A stretch of DNA of 64,000 nucleotides from IMG/VR virus record IMGVR_UViG_3300031555_007195, positions 9,808 to 73,807 of that record; one strand, written 5' to 3'. This DNA is from a virus (lineage: Duplodnaviria; Caudoviricetes). The position numbers and the translations under genes were made by a program. This document shows, one piece after another, positions 55,681 through 64,000 of this stretch. The notes beneath the pieces are model-generated. The model saw only the letters and a program-made list of their open reading frames with translations. It did not search any database and was not told where the DNA came from. The stretch's first letter is position 1. Every line of letters begins with the position of its first letter.

Positions 55681-56693
55681 TTAAAATTCAAAACATCTAC
55701 CATATGCTTGCCTATGCCTTTCAGATCTTAAGAGAAAAAGGCTATGCAAGTTGTGGAACAGAAGATTTTGAAAATACCGCAGACCTGTTATCTGCCATTC
55801 TCGTAAAAGGTGTATCAATTCAAATAAAGAGAGGTTTGGGAAGAACATATATTGAACAGACCGAGCCGTTAAGTTGCCTTCGTGGAAAGATTGATGTAAC
55901 AGAATCCATAAAGCAACAAACTCTTATAAAACAGCAACTTGTATGTACCTATGATGAGTTTTCGGAAAACACTTATATGAACCGAATTCTCAAGACATCA
56001 ATGGAGTTGTTACTGCGATACGATATACCCAAAGCAAGAAAAAAGGAGCTGCGGAATCTGCTCCTGTATTTCAAAGATGTTAGTACATTAGATATTCATA
56101 CGATTAATTGGAATTTCCGTTTTAATCGTAACAATCAAAGTTACCAAATGTTGATGTCGATTTGCTACCTGCTTATCAAAGGGCTATTGCAAACAACGGC
56201 AGACGGAACTGTTAAGCTGATGCAGTTTATCGATGAACAGCGTATGTGCCGATTGTACGAGAAGTTTATTCTTGAATACTATCGCAAACACTATCCTCAA
56301 ATCAAAACCGCTGCGTCTCAAATCAGTTGGGCAACAGATAATTTCGTGATGTTACCTACCATGCAGTCTGACATTATGCTTTCATTTGAAAATAAAACTT
56401 TGATTATTGACGCAAAGTATTACAGTCACACAACGCAAGTTCAGTATGATGTAAACACTCTGCATTCAAACAATTTGTATCAGATATTTACTTATGTAAA
56501 AAACAAGGCTGTTGCAGGCGGTGAAGTTTCCGGGATGCTCCTCTATGCTCGCACGGATGAACAAATTCAGCCAGATAATGAGTATATGATGAGCGGTAAT
56601 AAAATCAGCGTAAAAACACTTGATTTGAATTATGATTTTTCAGAGATAGTAGCACAGCTTAATAAGATAGCAGATGAATTTTTAAAGTGTTGA
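55677..56693 (+). CDS. mcrC: McrC-like endonuclease subunit
   Basis: IQNIYHMLAYA, LYEKFILEYY, DIML and IDAKYY motifs; overlaps mcrB stop. Confidence 0.9.
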   Translation: MIKIQNIYHMLAYAFQILREKGYASCGTEDFENTADLLSAILVKGVSIQIKRGLGRTYIEQTEPLSCLRGKIDVTESIKQQTLIKQQLVCTYDEFSENTYMNRILKTSMELLLRYDIPKARKKELRNLLLYFKDVSTLDIHTINWNFRFNRNNQSYQMLMSICYLLIKGLLQTTADGTVKLMQFIDEQRMCRLYEKFILEYYRKHYPQIKTAASQISWATDNFVMLPTMQSDIMLSFENKTLIIDAKYYSHTTQVQYDVNTLHSNNLYQIFTYVKNKAVAGGEVSGMLLYARTDEQIQPDNEYMMSGNKISVKTLDLNYDFSEIVAQLNKIADEFLKC

Positions 56694-56801
56694 GTTTTGT
56701 AAAACTCAAATAGGCATCTATATGTTTATGTAGTAAGCAATTTTAATGTCATCAAAAATTTAGTCTGTTAGAAACGTTTAGTAATAAAAGGAGTAATTTA
56801 T

Positions 56802-58337
56802 ATGAATGATTTTGAAAGCAAAACAATTAGTAATACCAAAATACTTACGGCAATTGAAAAATTAAGAGAGAAATATAATCAGAGAGAAAAAAGTTATGAT
56901 GTGGAGTTAGTTAAAAATTTTTTGAAAATGATTAAGGTAACTTCTTTTTCAAAAAAATACGAATACAAATTTACAACTACAATGACAAAAGAAGACATTG
57001 ATGGAAAATATGAGGATTTTCTAAATAAATTTGCAACAGGAAATGATGATGAAAGTAATTTGGCAAATAAGAATAATCTCATTAGCGAATGTAATGCTTC
57101 TATAAAATCCTTACTGAATAATCAAGCAGAGAATTCAAGGGAATTAGCACCTCAAAAACTTAAGTGCGTTCTTATTACATTTCTTCTGTACGAGAATGGG
57201 TTGCTTGAGCCAAGTGATGTTAATCCCGAATATTGCCTAGACTTTTTAATCGCATATTTTGGGGAAGATAAATTATATCCCAAAGAACCCAATGATATCA
57301 TATTGCATCAGATGATGTTTAGAATTAAAAATATACCGGAAAAAGACACTTCTAAAAGTGATTTATACTTTAAATATATATTTTTGTTCGGTGCATTTAA
57401 TGAATATTTAAAAAATAACAAAATAAAAATTGGAAAGGTAAGCGATGCCAGTACATTAGATAGATACAATTCTGACGAATGGCGTGAGGAATTAGATGAT
57501 GAACATTTATGGACAATCATGGTAAATCAAATGGAAATCTATGCTCATTACAGAAATACATTAAAGAATCACATATTAAAAATTACAAATACAGATATAA
57601 CCAAATTTACATTTGATTTACAAACATTTTATGATACCATTTACTTAAATATTGATTTGGATAAAGATGAAACCTATAGTTCTAATTACTTGTTTGATCA
57701 TTTGTTCGAAGACTTAATAATAGAAGGAAATCCTTTATATTATCAAAAGACTCACGGAAAAATGCAAATTAATAGAAGAGATTTTTTGCTTTATTACTTA
57801 TATTATTTTTTGGCAAAGCTTCACAATTCAAAAGATACAAATGATATAAGAGAAAACACAAATATTGATAAATTTTTTGCAAAAGTAGATATGGAAATTG
57901 AACCTTTCTTTGAACCGCCGATCATCTCGGACGACTACTTGTCTAATGCATTTACGAGAGGCATATTTTCTATTTCGTACCTATACTGTTTGATATGTGG
58001 CAATTCCGAAGAAAGAGTGTTTACTGATAATGATACAAATGTCATTTACTTAAGGGAGTTTCTGTCTAATAAAGAATACAAATTAGCCAATAACAACGCA
58101 TTTAAAATGAAAATAACTACTACTAGTATTGAATTTACTGTGTGTAATAACAGCATTGTATTTGAATTGAATAGTATGAAACCTAGTCGTTTTGTGCATA
58201 TGTTTGAGAACTATCATTCAGATGATGCGAAAAAGTATGAAAAATATATGGGATTATTGATAGAATGTTTATCTGTGTATTGTATTGACTCTCAATTTCC
58301 AAAAAGGATGGGAGATTCATACAAAGATGCTTTATAA
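56802..58337 (+). CDS. Hypothetical protein, 511 aa
   Basis: AAAGGAG RBS; helical, aromatic-rich; no motif recognised. Confidence 0.7.
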   Translation: MNDFESKTISNTKILTAIEKLREKYNQREKSYDVELVKNFLKMIKVTSFSKKYEYKFTTTMTKEDIDGKYEDFLNKFATGNDDESNLANKNNLISECNASIKSLLNNQAENSRELAPQKLKCVLITFLLYENGLLEPSDVNPEYCLDFLIAYFGEDKLYPKEPNDIILHQMMFRIKNIPEKDTSKSDLYFKYIFLFGAFNEYLKNNKIKIGKVSDASTLDRYNSDEWREELDDEHLWTIMVNQMEIYAHYRNTLKNHILKITNTDITKFTFDLQTFYDTIYLNIDLDKDETYSSNYLFDHLFEDLIIEGNPLYYQKTHGKMQINRRDFLLYYLYYFLAKLHNSKDTNDIRENTNIDKFFAKVDMEIEPFFEPPIISDDYLSNAFTRGIFSISYLYCLICGNSEERVFTDNDTNVIYLREFLSNKEYKLANNNAFKMKITTTSIEFTVCNNSIVFELNSMKPSRFVHMFENYHSDDAKKYEKYMGLLIECLSVYCIDSQFPKRMGDSYKDAL

Positions 58338-58426
58338 AGTTTGAAATATTCCTTTTCCTCAAATGAATTATTTCAAAATGATAGTATAATCAATAATATA
58401 ATCAAAAATGAAAGTGAGGAATTTTA

Positions 58427-60298
58427 ATGATTCAAAAAACACAATGTTCTTTATCTGGGAGAAGTCCTCTCGAACAAGGTATGATGGTCAATGGTTATAG
58501 TGTTGATGAACTTATAGGTTGCGGGGGAAGTAGTCTTGCCTACAGAATGACCAAAAATAACATTAGCTACATAGTAAAAGAACTGTACCCGGAAAAATTA
58601 ACAACATCTCTTTTAAGGGATACAACGGGTAAACTAATTTGTATTAGTCATGATGAGTTTAGGGATTATAAACATAACTCAAAAAATGAATATAAAACGC
58701 TTCAAAGGATAGTCAAGTTAAAAAACGGTAATAACAGTACTGTGTTATTACCGCCAATCGAACAATTCGAAGCTAATAATACAATATACACCGTATTAAC
58801 GAATACAAATTGTTTGTTATTGAGCGAACTGCAAGAAAAGCTTGAGTTGCCTGAATTTCTATATGTTTTTAAATTAGTTCTCAATGCAGTAGCTTCTCTT
58901 CACGGAGATAATATAAGTAATGGTTTATATTCGGACTGGTTGCCGGAAGATTCTGAACAGGCAGTAAATTTACTCCATCTGGATATTGCACCGGCAAATA
59001 TGGTTTTTTCTTTAGATAATGAAACAATTCGAGCTCATGTTATTGACTTTAACACCAGTGCTATATTAGAAAAAGGAGAAGATGGGTTTCTTTCTGACAG
59101 AAATAGTTTTGAAGTGAAGGGCTATCGTAGAGCTTACAGTCATATCAACTTGATTCGAGCCGCAAAGGGTATTAAGAACATTAGAATAACGAAAAAAATG
59201 GATATTTATTCGCTTGTAGCAGTATTGTTTGAATATATATTAAATCGTCATGTGGATTCTGATGATCTATATTATGTAGAAGATGGTTTTTGTGAAGAAA
59301 TTAGTCAACGATACCCTTTGCTTGAGGCAGATGTAATTAAGCAAATAAATGATATTTTTATAAAGGTAATTGTATCTGACGAATATGCAACTGTATGCGA
59401 ACTTTATTCGGATATAGATAAGTTATATTATGCACTGTGCAAAATGATACAGGCTCAACCAATATCCGAAAAAGATTCTGCACTTTTAAAACAATTAAAA
59501 AACAACTACGCAGATATTCACCAACAAATAAAAAAACAAATTGAAAACAAGGTGTATCGAATGTTAGAATCTATAAATGGAACTATTGAAATAATAGAAA
59601 ATAATACAGAAGAAACTAAAAACGATATAAAAGTAATGGCTCATAAAGTGGATTCAATCTATGATTTGGTTTCATCTTTTCCTCATGAATTGATGCAAGA
59701 GATAGCAAATAATATGAAAAAAATTCACACACCGAAGTTTATTGCGTCAATCTCATATCTTCAAGAATATATACCATATATTGCTCGACTTCTGTATGCT
59801 TTGCCAAACGGAATTGAAGATTTAGATAATCCTCATGATAAGCTTTTTTTCAAAAGTGAAAATGTGTTTTTACATATGGGATACTATGATAATTGGAACA
59901 GGGTCAAATATGAGAAACGAGGCAAAATATCGAATGCATATAAAATGAATGGCCGTTTTTGGGATATTGAATTTTATTATCATATTGAAAACGATAATAT
60001 TCACATTATAGAGAACGGATACAAGATGGTACGATGGGGGTTTGGCTTAAGGTTATATGAATATATGCATATTCCTCAAGTTGATGAAGCAACTTACTAT
60101 GCAAATGAATTTTCAGGCATTCAGGAATATCTAAATTATTTCATTAAAGAGGAAAAAGTGTTTAGAAATTATTGGGATTTCACATGGAGAGACACAGCAT
60201 TGGAACGTTGTCCTGAACGCATTAATTACGCATTATCAATATTGCGTAACAGAACCGATATAAAATTCGAATTAGGCAGAGCCTGTAGAAAACTATAA
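58427..60298 (+). CDS. Hanks-type Ser/Thr kinase domain protein with unknown C-terminal domain
   Basis: IGCGGSSLAY, IVKE, HLDIAPAN, DFN and DIYSL motifs. Confidence 0.82.
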   Translation: MIQKTQCSLSGRSPLEQGMMVNGYSVDELIGCGGSSLAYRMTKNNISYIVKELYPEKLTTSLLRDTTGKLICISHDEFRDYKHNSKNEYKTLQRIVKLKNGNNSTVLLPPIEQFEANNTIYTVLTNTNCLLLSELQEKLELPEFLYVFKLVLNAVASLHGDNISNGLYSDWLPEDSEQAVNLLHLDIAPANMVFSLDNETIRAHVIDFNTSAILEKGEDGFLSDRNSFEVKGYRRAYSHINLIRAAKGIKNIRITKKMDIYSLVAVLFEYILNRHVDSDDLYYVEDGFCEEISQRYPLLEADVIKQINDIFIKVIVSDEYATVCELYSDIDKLYYALCKMIQAQPISEKDSALLKQLKNNYADIHQQIKKQIENKVYRMLESINGTIEIIENNTEETKNDIKVMAHKVDSIYDLVSSFPHELMQEIANNMKKIHTPKFIASISYLQEYIPYIARLLYALPNGIEDLDNPHDKLFFKSENVFLHMGYYDNWNRVKYEKRGKISNAYKMNGRFWDIEFYYHIENDNIHIIENGYKMVRWGFGLRLYEYMHIPQVDEATYYANEFSGIQEYLNYFIKEEKVFRNYWDFTWRDTALERCPERINYALSILRNRTDIKFELGRACRKL

Positions 60299-61000
60299 AT
60301 CTGCTTTTATAAATTGGAGTGCAATATGATGAATATAATAAATCCTGGTAGTAGAACACCTCTTGATAAAGGTGTTGAAATTAATGGTTATATTGTTGAT
60401 GAACTTATAGGTTGTGGAGGTAGCAGTCTTGCCTACAGAATGACCAAAAATAATATTAGTTACATTGTAAAAGAATTATATCCGGAAAAGTTAACAGCTA
60501 TTACGAGAAATTCATCGGGCGAAATCTGTGTCGAGCCTGATACTTTTAATGATTACTTAAATAGTGCACAAAATGAGTACAAAACAGCTAAAAGTATTGT
60601 TAGGCTCAAAAATGGTAATAACAGTACTGTATTATTGCCACCAATTGAACAATTTGAAGCAAATAATACAATATACACTGTATTAACAAATACGAATTGT
60701 TTGTTATTAAGCGAACTGCAAACAAAAATAGAATTACCTGAATTTCTATATGTTTTTAAATTAGTTCTAAATGCAGTAGCATCTCTTCATGGAGATAATG
60801 TAAGCAATGGTTTATATTCGGACTGGTTGCCGGAAGATTCTGAACAGGCAGTAAATTTACTCCACCTGGATATTGCACCGGCAAATATAGTTTTTTCTTT
60901 AGATAATGAAACTATTCGTGCTCATGTTATTGACTTTAACACCAGTGCTATATTAGAAAAAGGAGAAGATGGTTTTCTTTCTAACAGAGCTGGTTTCGAA
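58455..61000 (+). repeat. Duplicated kinase-coding segments
   Basis: Identical 59 bp (58919-58977 = 60806-60864) and 53 bp (59033-59085 = 60920-60972) tracts within a wider highly similar region. Confidence 0.85.
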
Positions 61001-63700
61001 GTAATAAACTATCGTAGAAGGTATAGCCATGTTAATCTTATTCGAGCAGCCAAAGGAATCAATAATATTAGAATAACAAAACAAATGGATTGTTATTCAC
61101 TTGCGGTAATTCTGTTTGAATATATATTAAATCGTCCAATAGAATCTGATGATACTGAAAATTATAATTTCTGTGATGGTATTAAACAACAATATCCATC
61201 ATTTGAGACAGATGTAGTAAATCAAATAAATGATATTTTCGTCAAAGCACTTGTCTCTGAAGAATATAGTACAATTGTAGATCTTTATTCGGATGTTAAC
61301 AGATTATACAAAATGGTATGCAATCAAATTCAGGTGCAGCCACCTTCCAAAACAGATTCATTTTTTGTTACTCAAATAAAAAATGATTATATTGAGGTAC
61401 AAAATAGAATAACATCTCAAATTAAAAACGAGTTTTATTTTGAGTGGAAAGAAATAAATCAATTAATAATTGAAAATTTGGGGGAATTATTAGCTTATAC
61501 AAAAGACAATAATTCTATGCTATCAGAGGCGAATGCAAACATTGCTCAATTGATGGAAAACAGCAGGGTTGCTCATTTGAAAATGATTGAACAAAGTAGC
61601 GTAGAGTCATTTAATGTTGACGACGCAGTGATGAAATCTTTTGAAAATCATAATTTTGAAGAAAGTGAATCAATATTAATACAAAAAATCAAATCTAAAC
61701 TTTGCGATAAATATTATAGTGAACTTACTTCTAGTTGCTTTGTATCTAATGATGATGGAAACTGTTCGCAATTAGTATCAAAAAATAAAGAAGTAAAATT
61801 TGTTGTTTCTAAAGATACTGTTCTTAATGCTTTTTACTTAGATGAATTTTTTGAAACAACACCAACATCTGAGTCTAAAGTTAAATGCCGTATAATTCCT
61901 AAACAGGAATATGAATGCGCTAATAATTGCAAAAAAATAATATTCTCGTTAGAAGATATTCAAAGCTTTGAAAAAGATAATTCAAAATTTATATTCATTA
62001 TAGGAAAAACTACAGATAATAATATTTTTATTAATTATGCGTATTATTATGAAAATATATATTTATGTCAAAAATGGAATTGGTTAAGACTTATGAATAC
62101 ACACTTAGTGTTTTTGCAAAGCCAAAGAAATAATAATCAAGACGGAACATATACACAAGCTAAAAATAAAGAATCAAAAACGTATACAGCAAATCCTAAT
62201 AGTGATATTCTTTGGATAGATACTGATACTTTATTACCTGTGTTAAGACAAGTTAATAACAAAAATAGTTCAACAGGAGTTAGTATAGATTTGTTCGAGA
62301 AAAAGTATATTCATTTTCGTCCGCGTATTATAGCATCCACAGAATGGAATGATTATAAAATAGCTAAATCTTATTTGTACGGAATAGGAAATTGTGAGAA
62401 AAATCTTATGAGAGCTGTCGAATACTTTGAAAAAGATGGCAGTCCAGAAGCATATTATGAAATTTCTAATATTTTAAATGATGTATTTTCTCTTACTGAA
62501 GAATCGATTGATTATATGGTCAAATCGGCAGATGGTGGATTTGATGTAGCCAAGAGAGCAGCTTTTTTTGAATTGTTTGAAAACTTAGAAAATATAAATA
62601 ATGAAGCTTATTTGCTCAAAACAATAGAATTTCATCAATATCTTGATTCTAGCGGGGTATTTGTGTACAAAACAAGATCATTAGACTATTTATGTAATAT
62701 ATATCGCAAGATATTTGTGTATTATTCAAACAAATCTTGTTTTGATGAATTGAAGAATTATTCCGAGTTGCTATTCGATGCATGTTATCAACGTTATAAA
62801 AGTTCTATATCAACTAGCAATTTAAACATACTGTGTAACAATATATTGTTCATTTCTAATGAATATAAAAAGCACAAACGATATGACGCACTGATAAAAT
62901 TTTTATTAAAAACAGTAGATCTTCTTTCATCACATTGTTTTGACAATAAACAAAAACATGTATTGAAAACAAGAATGAAGGATATATATTACAATCTTGG
63001 GAAAGCATATGAGCGTTTAAAAGAATATGATGAAGCCATACGATATATTGAAAAGTGTTTTGATTATTGCGAAGAACTTGATTTCAAAAAAACTTTAGAG
63101 AATGTCTGGCCTACAATGTATTCACTAGATTTAGCTGAAATACATATGAAAAAGGGAGAATATTCAAATTCTGAAAAATATTTTTTGCAAGCATTGAACA
63201 CAGCCAACGACTTTGAGACAGAGAGGGAACATTTTTGGGATTATCAAATGCATATATATCGTGGTTTAGGATATATTTATACAGATATGAGAAAATATGA
63301 GGAAGCTGAAAAAGCATATTCCCAAGCAGTAAGTGTTAGCCTGGAGTTATTAAATGAGTTTCGATCAAGTGTGCTTGTTAAAGATTACGAACGCATATTA
63401 GCAGAAACCTATAATAATTTTGCGTGGTTATATAATGTATTAGGGCGTTATAATGAAGCTATTGATTTATATTTAAAATCAATTGAAATAAAAAACAAAT
63501 ATTCAGAAGAATATATTGAACCGCTAGCTCGAACATTCTATAACATCGCTATAGCATACGAAAATAATTTGCGTTCTGATGAAGCAAAAAGGTATTTTGT
63601 AAATGCGTTGGAATTGTACGAAAAATTGCCTGCAGAAAATTTCGAGCGTTACTCTAATCGTATTGACGAGTGTAAAAAACACATTGAAACATTATCGTAA
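60326..63700 (+). CDS. Ser/Thr kinase domain protein with SEL1-like and TPR repeats
   Basis: Same kinase motifs; AKSYLYGIG..KN...AVEYF (SEL1) and several YNNxA/YYNLG...A TPR units. Confidence 0.85.
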   Translation: MMNIINPGSRTPLDKGVEINGYIVDELIGCGGSSLAYRMTKNNISYIVKELYPEKLTAITRNSSGEICVEPDTFNDYLNSAQNEYKTAKSIVRLKNGNNSTVLLPPIEQFEANNTIYTVLTNTNCLLLSELQTKIELPEFLYVFKLVLNAVASLHGDNVSNGLYSDWLPEDSEQAVNLLHLDIAPANIVFSLDNETIRAHVIDFNTSAILEKGEDGFLSNRAGFEVINYRRRYSHVNLIRAAKGINNIRITKQMDCYSLAVILFEYILNRPIESDDTENYNFCDGIKQQYPSFETDVVNQINDIFVKALVSEEYSTIVDLYSDVNRLYKMVCNQIQVQPPSKTDSFFVTQIKNDYIEVQNRITSQIKNEFYFEWKEINQLIIENLGELLAYTKDNNSMLSEANANIAQLMENSRVAHLKMIEQSSVESFNVDDAVMKSFENHNFEESESILIQKIKSKLCDKYYSELTSSCFVSNDDGNCSQLVSKNKEVKFVVSKDTVLNAFYLDEFFETTPTSESKVKCRIIPKQEYECANNCKKIIFSLEDIQSFEKDNSKFIFIIGKTTDNNIFINYAYYYENIYLCQKWNWLRLMNTHLVFLQSQRNNNQDGTYTQAKNKESKTYTANPNSDILWIDTDTLLPVLRQVNNKNSSTGVSIDLFEKKYIHFRPRIIASTEWNDYKIAKSYLYGIGNCEKNLMRAVEYFEKDGSPEAYYEISNILNDVFSLTEESIDYMVKSADGGFDVAKRAAFFELFENLENINNEAYLLKTIEFHQYLDSSGVFVYKTRSLDYLCNIYRKIFVYYSNKSCFDELKNYSELLFDACYQRYKSSISTSNLNILCNNILFISNEYKKHKRYDALIKFLLKTVDLLSSHCFDNKQKHVLKTRMKDIYYNLGKAYERLKEYDEAIRYIEKCFDYCEELDFKKTLENVWPTMYSLDLAEIHMKKGEYSNSEKYFLQALNTANDFETEREHFWDYQMHIYRGLGYIYTDMRKYEEAEKAYSQAVSVSLELLNEFRSSVLVKDYERILAETYNNFAWLYNVLGRYNEAIDLYLKSIEIKNKYSEEYIEPLARTFYNIAIAYENNLRSDEAKRYFVNALELYEKLPAENFERYSNRIDECKKHIETLS

Positions 63701-63786
63701 ACCATTTAAGAATCATATTGCCATCAATTTGGTATATATGATTCTTTTTTTATTATTTTTTATATTTTTTTGAGATTTGTGTTTTT

Positions 63787-63925
63787 GTCAAATGATAGTT
63801 TATAGAGTATGTGATATGATTTATAATGTCAGGAGGAGATAACGGCAAAAGCACTAATAAGCCGTGTGCATAGCAAGTAGTATTTATTAAAATTTAATTT
63901 AAACTTAAAAGGAGATTTTATTATG
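63787..63925 (+). promoter_or_regulatory. Repeated promoter/5' leader unit, copy 2
   Basis: Near-identical to 1093-1225; ends at ATG 63923. Confidence 0.8.
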
Positions 63926-64000
63926 AGTAATTATTTTTATGAACCCGGAGAACAGCACACACAGGATGGTGTAATGGATATTGTAAGTGACCAGTATGGA
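63923..64000 (+). CDS. Hypothetical protein, 3' partial
   Basis: AAAGGAG RBS, MSNYFYEPGEQH... open to the window end. Confidence 0.55.
   Translation, partial: MSNYFYEPGEQHTQDGVMDIVSDQYG

Larger units (their letters stand above)
5102..56710 (-). mobile_element. Prophage (HK97-type head, contractile Xkd-like tail, serine-recombinase integration) with RM/McrBC cargo; boundaries approximate
   Basis: Complete replication, packaging, head, tail, lysis and recombinase modules; visibly more GC-rich than both flanks; att sites not identified. Confidence 0.9.

Noticed and set aside
1-64000. tRNA, rRNA, CRISPR arrays, IS transposases
   Set aside because: None recognised anywhere in the window.

Overview
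The window holds an apparently intact ~51.6 kb Clostridia-type prophage (about 5.1-56.7 kb) inserted just after a stand-alone pyrH gene in AT-rich DNA made mostly of hypothetical genes. The minus strand carries, in transcription order: a sigma-like regulator, SNF2 helicase, DNA polymerase A, primase-helicase, VRR-NUC, late activator, HNH and small terminase. Next come a MetK + two DNA methyltransferase block and small moron genes, then large terminase, portal, ClpP, HK97-type capsid, a PBSX/Xkd-like contractile tail, tail fibres, holin, amidase and a two-serine-recombinase cassette. Its divergent plus-strand end is an 11.5 kb defence operon: orphan Phd-like gene, type I RM (hsdMSR), IrrE-like peptidase, McrBC. 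The right flank has an unknown 511 aa gene and two recently duplicated Ser/Thr kinase genes with different C-termini, one with SEL1/TPR repeats. Best leads: (1) the phage C5 methyltransferase carries about 11 tandem TL-motif TRD-like modules and an overprinted +1-frame ORF with its own RBS, resembling the beta subunit of M.EcoHK31I; (2) an attenuator-like leader controls a sigma-like gene, and a 40 bp candidate cognate promoter occurs before both the replication and excision modules; (3) a ~135 bp promoter/structured-leader unit is repeated at both ends of the window; (4) the kinase pair; (5) a Phd-like controller with a palindromic operator heads the RM/McrBC operon. All family assignments come from motifs recognised by eye; no database search was run, and att sites were not identified.
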